Origin: Candidatus Krumholzibacteriia bacterium
GTDB taxonomy: Bacteria; Krumholzibacteriota; Krumholzibacteriia; LZORAL124-64-63
Direction of reading: 5' to 3'
Assembly: GCA_024763215.1 (NCBI GenBank)
Contig: JANTFX010000006.1
Coordinates: forward strand, 2,439-66,438
DNA length: 64,000 nt
The notes below the pieces were generated by a model. It saw only the letters and a program-made list of their open reading frames with translations, was not told the origin of the DNA and did not search any database. This document shows, in pieces, positions 1-10,764 of the stretch. Made by a program: the position numbers and the translations under genes. The number at the start of each line of letters is the position of its first letter. The stretch's first letter is position 1.

Positions 1-377
1 AACCGGCGGACAGGATGCGTGCCGCCAGCCTGGACATTTACCGCCAGGCGGCCGACCGCGCCCTGGACCGGGGTGTGATCATCGCCGATACCAAGTTCGA
101 GTTCGGCTTGATCGACGGCTCCCTGGCCCTCATCGACGAGGTCCTGACGCCGGATTCCAGCCGTTTCTGGCCCGCGGCCGGGCATGCTCCCGGCAGCGAA
201 CCGGCCAGCTGGGACAAGCAGATCCTGCGCAACTACCTGGATACCTGCGCCTGGAACAAGGAGCCGCCGGGTCCGGTCATCCCCGCCGAGATCCTCTCGC
301 AGACCTCCCGGCGCTACCGGGAGGTCCTGGACATCCTCTTTCCCAGCGAGGCCGAAAGATGGGCGGCATACCTGTGA
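1..377 (+). CDS. purC: SAICAR synthase, C-terminal part (5' end outside window)
   Basis: Motifs ADTKFEFG, DEVLTPDSSRFW and SWDKQILR. Stop overlaps the purH start (GTGA). Confidence 0.95.
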   Translation, partial: PADRMRAASLDIYRQAADRALDRGVIIADTKFEFGLIDGSLALIDEVLTPDSSRFWPAAGHAPGSEPASWDKQILRNYLDTCAWNKEPPGPVIPAEILSQTSRRYREVLDILFPSEAERWAAYL

Positions 378-1885
378 CAAGCTACCCCCGCCGCGCCCTG
401 CTGAGCGTCACGGACAAGCGAGGTCTGGACACGCTGGCGGCGGCCCTGGACCGCGCCGGGTTCCAGCTCATCGCCTCGGGTGGGACCGCCGCACATATCG
501 CCGCCCTGGGTCTGCCGGTGGTCAAGGTCAGCGACCTGACCGGATTTCCGGAGATCTTCGGCGGCAGGGTCAAGACCCTGCACCCGGCCATCCACGGCGG
601 CATCCTGGGGCCACGGGTGGAGGACTTCGCGGATGTGCAGGAGCTGGGGATCACGCCCATCGACGTGGTGGTGGTCAACCTCTACCGGTTCAACGAGGCC
701 GCCGCGGGGCAGGCCGATCCCGACGCCGTGATCGAACACATCGACATCGGGGGGCCGTCCCTGCTGCGCTCGGCCGCCAAGAACCATGCCCGCGTGTGCG
801 TGCTGTCCGACCCGGACCAGTACGAGGAATTCATGGCGGAGCTGGATTCCGGCGGAGGGGTCATCTCATCCTCATTGCGAAGGAAACTCGCCGCGGCCGC
901 CTTCAGGGCCACCGCCGCCTACGATCGGAACATCGCCCGCTGGTTCACCGGCCGGGACCCCGCAGGGATCCCCTTGCGCTACGGTGAGAACCCGCACCAG
1001 GCCGCGGTGATGGACATCGACCTGCCGGGTGGCGATCTGGAGGCGCTGGGGCTGGTTCAGCATGGAGGCAAACAACTTTCCTTCAACAACCTCGTGGATC
1101 TGGTGGCCGGGTTGAAGCTGGTGGCCGACTTCGAGGAACCTTGCTGCGCGGCCCTGAAGCACACCAATCCCTGCGGATTCGGCCTGGGATCCGGAGCGGT
1201 CGGGCTGGAGCGCGCCCTCCGCTGCGACCCCGTCTCGGCCTTCGGTGGGATCTTCATCTTCAGGGAGGATCTCGATCTGGATGGAGCCGAGATCCTCGCG
1301 GGCCGGTTCCTGGAGATCGTTGCCGCGCCCGGCTACGTTCCCGAGGCCCTGGCCAGGCTGCTGAGGAAGAAGAAGCTGAGGGTCCTCACCGTGGATTTCG
1401 AGAAGTTCACCGGGGCCACCGCCGGCAAGGGGCGGTCCTGGGGAGCCCTGGAGCTGCGGCAGGACGAGGATGCCGGCTTCCCCGAGTTGGACGATGCCGA
1501 GCTGGTGGCCGGCCCCGCTCCCGACGAGCTGACCAGCCGAACCCTGGCCATGCTCTGGAAGGTCTGCAAGCACGGCAAGAGCAACGCCATCGTGCTGGGG
1601 GATTCCGAAGGCACGCTGGGTCTGGGTCTGGGTCAGATGAGCCGGGTCGACAGCACCGAACTGGCCATCATGAAAGCCGGCCAGCAGGATCTGGATCTCC
1701 AGGGTTGCTGTGCGGCCTCGGACGGTTTTTTCCCCTTCCCGGACGGCATCCAGCGGCTGGCGGCGGCCGGAGTGAAGGCCGTCATCGCCCCCGGAGGATC
1801 CATCAGGGACCAGGAAGTGGCCGCTGCCGCCGACGCCCTGGGGATGACCCTGGTGCTCACGGGGCGGCGTCATTTCAACCATTGA
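374..1885 (+). CDS. purH: Bifunctional AICAR transformylase/IMP cyclohydrolase
   Basis: RALLSVTDK, GGRVKTLHP, IDIGGPSLLRSAAKN, LRYGENPHQ, KHTNPCG, ASDGFFPF, RHFNH. GTG at 374 overlaps the purC stop. Confidence 0.96.
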   Translation: MTSYPRRALLSVTDKRGLDTLAAALDRAGFQLIASGGTAAHIAALGLPVVKVSDLTGFPEIFGGRVKTLHPAIHGGILGPRVEDFADVQELGITPIDVVVVNLYRFNEAAAGQADPDAVIEHIDIGGPSLLRSAAKNHARVCVLSDPDQYEEFMAELDSGGGVISSSLRRKLAAAAFRATAAYDRNIARWFTGRDPAGIPLRYGENPHQAAVMDIDLPGGDLEALGLVQHGGKQLSFNNLVDLVAGLKLVADFEEPCCAALKHTNPCGFGLGSGAVGLERALRCDPVSAFGGIFIFREDLDLDGAEILAGRFLEIVAAPGYVPEALARLLRKKKLRVLTVDFEKFTGATAGKGRSWGALELRQDEDAGFPELDDAELVAGPAPDELTSRTLAMLWKVCKHGKSNAIVLGDSEGTLGLGLGQMSRVDSTELAIMKAGQQDLDLQGCCAASDGFFPFPDGIQRLAAAGVKAVIAPGGSIRDQEVAAAADALGMTLVLTGRRHFNH

Positions 1886-1943
1886 AGTTTTTCACTATAC
1901 TGAAGAGGTAGGCTTCCGTCCCCCAAACCGCCTGCCTGGAGTC

Positions 1944-4805
1944 ATGAAAAACATCTTCAAGCCATTGGTGCCGGCCATCTGGTCGCTGTTGGTGGTCGCC
2001 GGCCTGTTCACGCCGGCGGCAGCCTTGCCCGGGAAGCTCTGGCCGGAGGTGACCGGTGACGCCAGGCTTTCGGAACTGCGCGCCCAACAGCGCCGATCCG
2101 TACGGACGGCCTCCCTGGCCGCAGCCGGGAAGTCGGCAGGGGCCTCCTTCGGTTTGCTGGTGATTCCCGTGGACTTCGCCGATCAACGGTTTTCTGAAGC
2201 GGGGCTTGAAAAGTCCTTGGCCGCCAGGGTGTTCGGCTCCGACAGCGAAGCCCTGTCCCGGTATTTTTCCGTCGCTTCGGGCGGCCGGATGAAGCTGTCC
2301 CCCCAACTGGCTCCGGTGGTGCACCTGGCCGGCCCGCGGGCTGATTATTCGGATATCGGCTGGCACGGATTTTCCCGCAGCCGAGCCCTGGCCCGGGAGG
2401 CGCTGACCGCCCTGGCCGACCTGGGGCTGGATTTCGCCCTGGTGGATGCCGATGGGCCCGACGGCCTGCCCGGCTCGGGGGACGACGACGGCCAGGTGGA
2501 CGGGGTCCTGATTCTGCATGCCGGCCCGGGCCAGGAGAACGATCCCGAATCCGGTTTGATCCAGGCCTTGCAGTTCTACCTGGACCAGGCCGTTTACAGC
2601 CGGGGCATCGGCGCCTCGTTCTACGCCACCGTCAGCATATCCAGCGGCCCGGGGGTCTGGGCCCATGAAGTGGGCCATCTGCTGGGCATGGAGGACCGTT
2701 ACGACCCCACCCTGGCTCCATCGGGGCAGAGCGAGGTCGTTTCCCGGGGCGGGCTGGGCATCTTCAGTCTGATGGCCGCCGGAGCCTGGGGCACCGGGGA
2801 CGGGCACGGCGCGGCCCTTCCCGATGGTTACACCCTGCTTGAGATGGGGTGGGCCCCGGTGGAGGATCTGACCCCTTACCGCGACGGGTCGGTGGTCCTG
2901 CTGCCGGTGTCCGGGGGCGGTTGCGTGGGCAGGATGCAACCGGTGGGTCAGACGGATGCGGAATATTTCCTGCTGGAGGTCAGGGATCCAAGCCTGGTGG
3001 CGCCATTCGACGCCGCGCTGCCGGCGGGCCAGATGGTCGTCTACCATGTGGATCCGGCCCTCGCCGACGGCCAGCGGGCCCTGGATGACCTGGCCGGGTG
3101 GCACCTGCGGGTGGGGGTCGTCGAGGCCGATGGCAATGATTCGCTGCACGACGGGCTGGACACCGGGGGTGCGGGGGATGTCTTCCCGGGCCTGGGGCAG
3201 CGGCACGACCTCCCGGCGGTGGGCAAGCCCGGTTTCAGCGGCTATGGCCACCAGGCGCCGGGATTTTCGCTGTCAGGAATCACGGACCAGGACGGCCAGG
3301 TGAGCTTCACGGTGGTTCCGGATCCTGTGAGCGGCCTGGAGTTCTCATTCGACGTCGATCCCGGCGGTCAGGCCGCCTATCTGGAAGCCCGGGCCACCGG
3401 TCGGCCGTTTCAGGATCTGGCCTGCGCCATCACCGTCGAGGACACGGCCTGGGGATCATTCGACGGCGGCAGGGCTTCGCTTTTCGTGTCCCTTGCGGAT
3501 GACGGGACGGGGCTCTACCGTCCCCTGGAACCTCTTGTCTGGATGAGCGGGCCGGAACCTCCGGCCGGGGCCTCCACCGAGTTCTCCTTCGGCTTCACCG
3601 CCGTCGGGGATTCCTTTCCTGCGCAGCACCGTCAGGTGGTCTGGAAGCAGTCCCCGGCGGATCTGGATTTCCGGACGTCCTGGCCGGGAACGTGGCAGGT
3701 GGCCGCGGGCGCCGGGACGACCTGGCAACGCTGGGCCGGGCAAACGGGGGGGCCTTTCGGCTCCGGCGGGATCCTGGCCTGCACCGGGGATGAATTTTCC
3801 ACCGGAGCGGCCTGGCCCGAAGTCCACTACGGGAACCGCGCGGACGCGGCCCTGGTTTCGGCCCCGCTGGAGGCGGGGGTCATGGGCATCCGCCTGGTGC
3901 ACGCGGTGGAGGCGGAAGTCCTCTCGGGAGCCGTGGCCATGGACGGGGGGAACGTGCGCTGGCGGGGTGCCGGCCTGAGCGTGCCCGCGGTCCCGATAGG
4001 TGGCTATGAATTCGATGTCTCGCCCCGCGCCGACAACGTGCTCAAGGGGCAAGGGGTTTTCGCCGGCGATTCCCTGTCCTTCCAGGAGGGGCAAATCATA
4101 TGGCGGGTGGATGTCTTCAGCGTGCCCGCAGAGCCGCCCGAAGTCTGGCGGTTGGAGCTGGACTTCGGCAGCAACGGCCTGTGGCGGCGGCGAGGCTGGT
4201 TCGTCAGCAGCATCGAGCCGGTGTACGACCTAGCCGATCTGCTGCCCTTTGCCGCCGGCTGGGACACCGAGGGCTGCAGCCCGTCGCAGCTGCGGTGGCA
4301 GTGGCCCTGGCCCGACCAGCTGCCAGGCGAGTTCCAGGTGCAGGTGTATGACCCGTCTCTCAAGTCTTGGTCAACCGTCGGGGCCGTGGCCGTGGTCCCC
4401 GGGGCCGGGGTGCAGGAGGCGGTCCTGAGCGGGATGGTGGGCAGCGGGCAGGCCGTCCTGCGGCTGCTGGCTGCAGGGCCCCCGGGGTGGGTGGCCACCC
4501 CTCCTGTGGCCATGGTCGATCCCGGATCTGCCGCGGCCGCATCGCCCCTGGGCAGGGTCTGGCCCAACCCCGGCCAGGCGCCCATCAGGTTCGAGACCAG
4601 CCTGGCGAGCGATGCGGCAGGCCGGATGGCCGTCTATGATCTGCGGGGCCGCCTCGTACGGGAAATGGATTTGCCGGCCGGGCAGGCGGTGGGCCTTTGG
4701 GACGGCACCGATAGCCGCGGCGGCCCGGCGCCGGCGGGGATGTATGTGATGCGTCTGGAAGGGCTGCCTGCGGGGGGAGTCCGGAAGGTGGTCTTGTTGC
4801 GATGA
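1944..4805 (+). CDS. Secreted M6-family (immune inhibitor A-like) zinc metalloprotease with C-terminal FlgD-Ig/T9SS-like domain
   Basis: Signal peptide; LLVIPVDFAD; DxDG Ca-type loops; HEVGHLLGMED zincin motif; SLMAAGAW Met-turn; EYFLLE; C-terminal WPNP...VYDLRGRLVR...WDGTD..G...PAGMY. Confidence 0.85.
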   Translation: MKNIFKPLVPAIWSLLVVAGLFTPAAALPGKLWPEVTGDARLSELRAQQRRSVRTASLAAAGKSAGASFGLLVIPVDFADQRFSEAGLEKSLAARVFGSDSEALSRYFSVASGGRMKLSPQLAPVVHLAGPRADYSDIGWHGFSRSRALAREALTALADLGLDFALVDADGPDGLPGSGDDDGQVDGVLILHAGPGQENDPESGLIQALQFYLDQAVYSRGIGASFYATVSISSGPGVWAHEVGHLLGMEDRYDPTLAPSGQSEVVSRGGLGIFSLMAAGAWGTGDGHGAALPDGYTLLEMGWAPVEDLTPYRDGSVVLLPVSGGGCVGRMQPVGQTDAEYFLLEVRDPSLVAPFDAALPAGQMVVYHVDPALADGQRALDDLAGWHLRVGVVEADGNDSLHDGLDTGGAGDVFPGLGQRHDLPAVGKPGFSGYGHQAPGFSLSGITDQDGQVSFTVVPDPVSGLEFSFDVDPGGQAAYLEARATGRPFQDLACAITVEDTAWGSFDGGRASLFVSLADDGTGLYRPLEPLVWMSGPEPPAGASTEFSFGFTAVGDSFPAQHRQVVWKQSPADLDFRTSWPGTWQVAAGAGTTWQRWAGQTGGPFGSGGILACTGDEFSTGAAWPEVHYGNRADAALVSAPLEAGVMGIRLVHAVEAEVLSGAVAMDGGNVRWRGAGLSVPAVPIGGYEFDVSPRADNVLKGQGVFAGDSLSFQEGQIIWRVDVFSVPAEPPEVWRLELDFGSNGLWRRRGWFVSSIEPVYDLADLLPFAAGWDTEGCSPSQLRWQWPWPDQLPGEFQVQVYDPSLKSWSTVGAVAVVPGAGVQEAVLSGMVGSGQAVLRLLAAGPPGWVATPPVAMVDPGSAAAASPLGRVWPNPGQAPIRFETSLASDAAGRMAVYDLRGRLVREMDLPAGQAVGLWDGTDSRGGPAPAGMYVMRLEGLPAGGVRKVVLLR

Positions 4806-7057
4806 TATTGCGCACGCGGTTGCTGCTGGTCCTGGCCGTTTGCCTGGGCCTGGCCGATATCTGCCAGGCCCAGGGCCCGGTGCACGACCCTTTTTTCGCA
4901 GACTTCGTCATGGGCCGGTTTCGTGATCCGGATACCATGGCCCTGTCGCATGGTTTCCCGTCCGACCTCTGGTTGCCCGCGACGGTCGATTCGGTCTGGG
5001 TCGAGGTCGCAGCCTCCCTGCTCGATCCCCGGCATCATTTCCAGGACCCCCGGCCGGTGGTCTCCTGCTGGCTCGGGTCGGAGGCGGGACCCGGCCCGCT
5101 GGGGGAGTGGGCGGATTCCCGGCGCCTGATCCTGGACTACCTGGCAGGGCAGGGGAATTCCTCGCCGCCTATGAAAACCTCCGGGGGCCTGCTGCGGGAC
5201 GCTGTGCAGACCCTGGATTTTTTTGCAACCCTGGCTGCAGGCGATAGCCTGGGGGCCATGGGCATCGCCGCGGGGCTGTCCGCCACCTGGGAAGGCCCCG
5301 ACGCAAGCGCCCGGCGCTTCATATGGGATCTGCGCGCACGGGCCCTGGGATCCCTGACCGGAACAAGGAAGGACGATCCCGGCGACCCCTGGCCCCTCCT
5401 GTTCGAGCTCGGGCCGTACGACCGGCAGAGCGGGTGGGCCATCTGGACCGCGCACCGCCGTGAACGCGGTCTGCCCCTGCTGGGCCGACAGCATCAAACC
5501 AGGGGGCAAGCCGCGGTCCTGGCGGGGCTGTCGAGGAGCTGGCTGAGCAGCGGCGATCTGGACCGCAGCGGCTTCGCTTTCGAGCTCAAGGCCGGCCTGG
5601 GGGCCGCGGTTCTGCGGAAGCAGGAGCGACGCGAATTCATGGATCGCTACCGGCACCCGCCCTGGGACTTCCAGGCCCAGGGCTGGTGGTTGAAGGGAGC
5701 GCGGTCGGCGGCGGGGGGGCGGCCCGACCGCTACGAGGCCATGGCCCGCGATGATCATCTGCGTTCCGGCTGGCGCATGGATCTGTGGCGCCGGGCTTCG
5801 GAGCGCCGTTTGCTGCAGGGCGACTGGGCGCGTGGCCTTGCGGACCTGGAGCGGGCCGTGGGCCTGGCGCGGTACGGGGCGGGCTCCCGGGCCATGCGAA
5901 CCAGGGTGCGCCAGTGGGTGGAGCAGGCCCTGGCCCTGGCCGTGGCCCAGGGGGCCGACGGCCATGCCGGAGCTTTGCTGGCCATGGGCACGGGTATGCT
6001 TCCCGAGGACCAGCAGGAAGTATTTTGCGTCCGGGTGGCCTCCTGGCGCGAAGGCACCGGTTGTGACCCCGCTCCCGACCCGGGAGATGTCCGCGCGGGC
6101 AAGGCGTGGGCCATGGCCGGGAAAAACGGGGCGGCCGGCCTGCCGGATGGCAGCTCCCTGCGCCTGGAGTACTGGCGCCGCTGGGCGGCCTTGGCCTGCG
6201 GCCAGCATGACGCGGCCGGCCTGGATTCCCTGCGCGCCGCCCTGGGCAGGGCGCAGGACGCCGCCCATGCGCGTGGGTTGGCTCTGGACTATCTGGCCCG
6301 GCGGGTGGCAGAGGCAGGAGAAGGATCACGGCCGGATGACGGTCTATGGGACGGGGTCCTGGCCCAGGAGGTCTTTCTGGCCCGGCCCGAAGGCGGCCCG
6401 GCAGCGTGGTCCCTGTTCCCCGCTCTGCGGCAGATCACCCGAGACGAACCTGATCTCCTGCATGCCTGGCTGGGGATGGCCCTGGCCCTGCAGGATCTGC
6501 GTGCGGTGGTGGGCCTGGCGGTCCTGATTCCGGATGGGAGTTTGCCCTCGGACCAAAAATTGCCTTTCCTTTACCCGCTTCCCGCTTTCGGGCCCGTACG
6601 GCGTGCCCTGGACGAAGCACGGAACGAGCCGGCCCTCCTGCTCGGGGTCGCCCGCAACGAGAGCCTGTTCGATCCCGGAGCGCGGTCCCGCGCCGGGGCC
6701 CTGGGCTGGATGCAGATCATGCCCTTCCACTTTGACGAAGGTCAACCCGGGGGCGGGCGAGGTTGGGCCGACCCCGTGGTTTCCATAGCCAAGGGGGATG
6801 CCCTGCTGGAGGAGAACCGCCGGCGGTATCACGGCGATCCCTACACGGTGGTGGCCTCATACAACGCGGGGCCCACGGCGGCCCGGCGGTGGTGGAAGCA
6901 GCTGGGCGAGGGCGCCGACGACGCGCTCTATCTGTCCTGGATCGGATATCCGGAGACCAGACGCTACGTGGAAAAGGTCTTGAAGGATCGTGCCATCTAC
7001 GCTGGAATCCTGGCGTCCGGCCCGGGCTCGCCGCCGACCGGACACACCGAGCAATAA
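4802..7057 (+). CDS. Soluble lytic murein transglycosylase (SLT domain, long helical N-terminus)
   Basis: Signal peptide; C-terminal VARNESLFDP (catalytic Glu), GALGWMQIMP, ASYNAGP, YPETRRYVEKV. ATGA overlap with the upstream gene. Confidence 0.88.
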   Translation: MILRTRLLLVLAVCLGLADICQAQGPVHDPFFADFVMGRFRDPDTMALSHGFPSDLWLPATVDSVWVEVAASLLDPRHHFQDPRPVVSCWLGSEAGPGPLGEWADSRRLILDYLAGQGNSSPPMKTSGGLLRDAVQTLDFFATLAAGDSLGAMGIAAGLSATWEGPDASARRFIWDLRARALGSLTGTRKDDPGDPWPLLFELGPYDRQSGWAIWTAHRRERGLPLLGRQHQTRGQAAVLAGLSRSWLSSGDLDRSGFAFELKAGLGAAVLRKQERREFMDRYRHPPWDFQAQGWWLKGARSAAGGRPDRYEAMARDDHLRSGWRMDLWRRASERRLLQGDWARGLADLERAVGLARYGAGSRAMRTRVRQWVEQALALAVAQGADGHAGALLAMGTGMLPEDQQEVFCVRVASWREGTGCDPAPDPGDVRAGKAWAMAGKNGAAGLPDGSSLRLEYWRRWAALACGQHDAAGLDSLRAALGRAQDAAHARGLALDYLARRVAEAGEGSRPDDGLWDGVLAQEVFLARPEGGPAAWSLFPALRQITRDEPDLLHAWLGMALALQDLRAVVGLAVLIPDGSLPSDQKLPFLYPLPAFGPVRRALDEARNEPALLLGVARNESLFDPGARSRAGALGWMQIMPFHFDEGQPGGGRGWADPVVSIAKGDALLEENRRRYHGDPYTVVASYNAGPTAARRWWKQLGEGADDALYLSWIGYPETRRYVEKVLKDRAIYAGILASGPGSPPTGHTEQ

Positions 7058-7102
7058 CCAACGTGGTGCCGGGTGGTGAACCCGGCCCCGGGGAGAGGAA
7101 AC

Positions 7103-10100
7103 ATGGCCAACGGCCTGCGCGGGTTTTTCGAACGCATGTTCAGCAAGCGGCAACGCGATTACGCCAAGCTGCAACCGGTTGTGGACAGGATCAAGGAGAT
7201 CAGGGGCCCCCTCGCCGAGCTTTCCGACGATGAGTTGCGCGCCAAGCGGGTGGAATTCAGGCAACGCTACGACGACGGTGAGAGCCTGGACGATATGCTG
7301 CCCGAAGCCTACGCCGTGGTCTGGGAGGGATGCCGCCGGCTGGTCGAGCGCAAGGCGTCCTGGGTGGTCTGGGGCACCGAGCAGGTATGGGACATGGTCC
7401 CCTACGACGTCCAGCTCATGGGCGCCATCGTCCTGCACCAGGGCAAGATCGCCGAGATGGCCACGGGCGAGGGCAAGACCCTGGTGGCCATCTTCCCCCT
7501 GTACCTGAACAGCATCCCCGGCCGGGGGTCCCATCTGGTGACCGTCAACGATTACCTGGCCAAGCGCGACGCCCAGTGGATGGGGGGCGTCCTGGAGTTC
7601 CTCGGCTGCACCGTCGGTTGCATCCAGGGGGAGATGACCCCCGAGGAGCGCCGGGAAGCCTATGGCTGCGACGTGACCTACGGGACGAACAACGAGTTCG
7701 GCTTCGACTACCTGCGGGACAACATGGTGGTCCAGCCCGAGCACCTGGTCCACCGCGATTTCTGGTTCGCCATCGTGGACGAGGTCGACTCCGTCCTCAT
7801 CGACGAAGCCCGCACCCCGCTGATCATCAGCGGTGCGGTGGACAAGTCCACCCACCAGTTCCTGGAGCTCGAGCCCCGCGTGGCCAAGCTGGTGCGTCGG
7901 CAGATGAAGATCGTAAACGACTGGCTGGGCGATGTGGAACGCGTGCTGCGGCCCGCGCTCAAGGGCGAAGACGTCGAGATAGACGACGAGACGGCCCTGA
8001 AGCTCCTGCGCATCAGCCGGGGCGCGCCCAAGAACCCCCGCTTCCGCAAGCTGGCCCAGATCCCCGGCGTGCTGGAGAAGATCCAGCATACCGAGGAGGC
8101 CTACATGGCCCAGAAGGCCATGTGGGAGGCCGACGAGGACCTGCTGTACGTGGTGGAGGAGAAGAACCACCAGGTCGATCTGACGGACAAGGGCCAGGAA
8201 TTCCTGGCCAGCGAGGAGAAGGATTTCTTCGTCATGCCCGATTTGTCGGGTGTGGCCGGTGAGCTGGAAGCCGACCCGGACATGCCCGCCGAGGAGAAGG
8301 CCGCCAGGCTCGCCGCCGTGGAGAAGGAATACGCCCTCAAGAACGAACGCATCAGCAACGTGGACCAGCTCCTGAGGGCCTACTCCCTGTACGAGAAGGA
8401 TGTCGACTACGTCCTGCAGGACGGCAAGGTGGTCATCGTGGACACCTTCACCGGGCGCCTGCAGCCTGGCCGCCGCTTCAGCGAGGGGCTGCACCAGGCC
8501 CTGGAGGCCAAGGAGGGTGTGCAGGTCCAGCGCGAGACCCAGACCCTGGCCACCGTCACCGTCCAGAACTTCTTCCGGAAGTACGCGAAGCTCTCGGGCA
8601 TGACCGGCACGGCGGAGACCGAGGAGGCGGAGTTCAACGGGATCTACGAGCTGGACGTGGTGGTCATCCCCACGCACCGGCCCATCGCCAGACGAGACCT
8701 GGACGACGTCATCTACAAGACCAAGAAGGAGAAGTACAAGGCCATCGTGGACGAGGTGACGCGGCTGCACCGTCTGGGGCTGCCGGTGCTGGTGGGTACG
8801 ACCACGGTCGAGGTCAGCGAACTGCTCAGCCGGCTGTTCCGCCTGCGGGGCATCAACCACAACGTCCTGAACGCCAAGCACCACCACCGCGAGGCCGAGA
8901 TCGTCAAGGACGCGGGGCAGGTGGGCGCCGTGACCATCGCCACGAACATGGCCGGGCGCGGCACGGACATCAAGCTGGCCCCGGAAGTCCTGGAGCTTCC
9001 CCAACGCTGGCCCGAGGATCCCGACCTGGATCCCGAGGTGTACGAGGACCAGATCAGCGGTCTGCAGATCATCGGCACCGAACGGCACGAGAGTCGCCGC
9101 ATCGACCGGCAGCTGCGGGGCCGGGCCGGGCGCCAGGGCGACCCCGGGCAGGCCATCTTCTTCCTCAGCCTCGAGGACGACCTGATGCGCCTGTTCAGCC
9201 CCGAACGGATCATCAAGGTCATGGACAAGCTGGGTGTCCAGGAAGGCGAGGTCATCACGCATTCCATGGTGACCAAGGCCATCGAGAAGGCGCAGGTGCG
9301 CGTCGAGACCCAGAACTACGAGATCCGCAAGCACCTGCTGGAGTATGACGACGTCGTCAACAAGCAGCGTGAGGTCATCTACGGCATGCGCCGGGACGCC
9401 CTGGAGGGCAAGGAGCTGGCGGAGACCTTCGAGGATTTCCTGGCCAACGCCGTCAGCGGCATCCTGGCCGAATGCGCCGACCGCGACAACGCTCCTGATT
9501 TCTGGGACTGGAAGAAGTTGGCCTTCCTGTACCAGGGGCTGATCCTGACCCCGTTGCCAGTGAGCGATGCCGAGCGGCTCGAGATCGATTACGACGAGCT
9601 CGAGGGACGCCTCCATGCAACCGCCGTCCGGAAGCTCGAGGACAAGATCCAGCGCCTGGGCGAGGACCTGTGCGGGCAGCTGCAGCGTTTCGTCCTGATC
9701 CAGGTGCTCGACGATCAGTGGCGGGATCACCTCAACGAGCTGATCATGCTGCGCAGCGGCATCGGGTTGCGCTCCTACGGGCAGCGCGACCCTCTGGTGG
9801 AATACAAGTCCGAATCCTTCAAGTTGTTCGAGGGGCTCATCCAGAGGCTGGAAAGGGGTGCTGTGAACCTCTTCTTCCGCGCCGAGCTGGCCCCCGCAGC
9901 TCCGGTACCCGCTGCCGACGTGACCAGCATGGAGACAAGCCACAAGGAAGTCTCGGCCTACGAGCAGGCCGCCGGCGGCGGCTCCGACCAGGTGATGTCC
10001 ACCAACAGCCCCGAGGCGGTGCGTCAGCGGCCTGTGCAACGCCAGGTGCCGAAGGTGGGGCGCAACGATCCTTGCCCCTGCGGCAGCGGCAGGAAATACA

Positions 10101-10129
10101 AGAAATGTTGCGGAGCGCAGAAGGGGTAG
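7103..10129 (+). CDS. secA: Preprotein translocase ATPase SecA
   Basis: [60 protein letters not shown]-terminal SEC-C motif [21 protein letters not shown] 7103 follows GGAGAGG. Confidence 0.98.
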   Translation: MANGLRGFFERMFSKRQRDYAKLQPVVDRIKEIRGPLAELSDDELRAKRVEFRQRYDDGESLDDMLPEAYAVVWEGCRRLVERKASWVVWGTEQVWDMVPYDVQLMGAIVLHQGKIAEMATGEGKTLVAIFPLYLNSIPGRGSHLVTVNDYLAKRDAQWMGGVLEFLGCTVGCIQGEMTPEERREAYGCDVTYGTNNEFGFDYLRDNMVVQPEHLVHRDFWFAIVDEVDSVLIDEARTPLIISGAVDKSTHQFLELEPRVAKLVRRQMKIVNDWLGDVERVLRPALKGEDVEIDDETALKLLRISRGAPKNPRFRKLAQIPGVLEKIQHTEEAYMAQKAMWEADEDLLYVVEEKNHQVDLTDKGQEFLASEEKDFFVMPDLSGVAGELEADPDMPAEEKAARLAAVEKEYALKNERISNVDQLLRAYSLYEKDVDYVLQDGKVVIVDTFTGRLQPGRRFSEGLHQALEAKEGVQVQRETQTLATVTVQNFFRKYAKLSGMTGTAETEEAEFNGIYELDVVVIPTHRPIARRDLDDVIYKTKKEKYKAIVDEVTRLHRLGLPVLVGTTTVEVSELLSRLFRLRGINHNVLNAKHHHREAEIVKDAGQVGAVTIATNMAGRGTDIKLAPEVLELPQRWPEDPDLDPEVYEDQISGLQIIGTERHESRRIDRQLRGRAGRQGDPGQAIFFLSLEDDLMRLFSPERIIKVMDKLGVQEGEVITHSMVTKAIEKAQVRVETQNYEIRKHLLEYDDVVNKQREVIYGMRRDALEGKELAETFEDFLANAVSGILAECADRDNAPDFWDWKKLAFLYQGLILTPLPVSDAERLEIDYDELEGRLHATAVRKLEDKIQRLGEDLCGQLQRFVLIQVLDDQWRDHLNELIMLRSGIGLRSYGQRDPLVEYKSESFKLFEGLIQRLERGAVNLFFRAELAPAAPVPAADVTSMETSHKEVSAYEQAAGGGSDQVMSTNSPEAVRQRPVQRQVPKVGRNDPCPCGSGRKYKKCCGAQKG

Positions 10130-10131
10130 GC

Positions 10132-10160
10132 TTGCTGCCCGCCCCTGGCCGTGCTAGTTT
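10132..10160 (+). promoter_or_regulatory. Putative sigma70 promoter for the smg-topA operon
   Basis: TTGCTG (10132-37), 17 nt spacer, TAGTTT (10155-60), with extended TG. Confidence 0.45.
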
Positions 10161-10199
10161 TTCTGCGCCAGGACATGGGGCCCAGGCACTGAAAGTCGA

Positions 10200-10688
10200 A
10201 TGATGGAACACGAACGCGACCGCATGAAACACCTGCTGCTGATCCTCCTGGAGGCCCTCGCGGCCGATCCGGAGATGGGCGCGGACATCCAGGACAGGAT
10301 CCAGGACGAGGCCGCGGCCGCCGGCCTGGACGAACAGGATGTCAACGGCCTGCTGGACTGGATCGAGGCCCAGTGGGACCAGGCGGAGACCGGCCGGTGG
10401 GCTCCGGAGCTTCCCGCCGACGCCCCCTCGCGCGGGACCTTCAGGCATTTCGGTTCCGAGGATGCCGCGCACCTTTCGGGGGCCAGCCTGGGCTACCTGC
10501 TGCGGCTGCTGCAGACCCAGCAGATCTCGCGGGCGCAGCTCGAAGCGCTCGTGCAGTACGCTTCCTACCTGTCGGTGCGGCCCATCGAGCCCGAGGATCT
10601 GGACAGCATCCTCGAGCAGGTTATCTTCAGGCCGGACCAGCCGCGGATGACCGGAGGCGCTTCGGAGGGTTTCGGGTCGGTCCATTGA
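10200..10688 (+). CDS. smg: Smg/DUF494 family protein
   Basis: Size, AGLDEQDVNGLLDW, FRHFGSED..HLS..SLGYLLRL pattern, and position directly upstream of topA. Confidence 0.7.
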   Translation: MMEHERDRMKHLLLILLEALAADPEMGADIQDRIQDEAAAAGLDEQDVNGLLDWIEAQWDQAETGRWAPELPADAPSRGTFRHFGSEDAAHLSGASLGYLLRLLQTQQISRAQLEALVQYASYLSVRPIEPEDLDSILEQVIFRPDQPRMTGGASEGFGSVH

Positions 10689-10764
10689 CGGACGCAGTGG
10701 CATTCCCACAGGTTCCGGGGCCACCAGGCACCCGGTTTCCTTTTATTTCCAGAAGGGTTGGATC

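Noticed and set aside
6857..10039. 1060-aa minus-strand ORF, and similar long antisense ORFs over topA, uvrC, trpS, rpsA and mutL
   Set aside because: Shadow frames of strongly codon-biased high-GC genes; no recognisable motifs or ribosome-binding sites.
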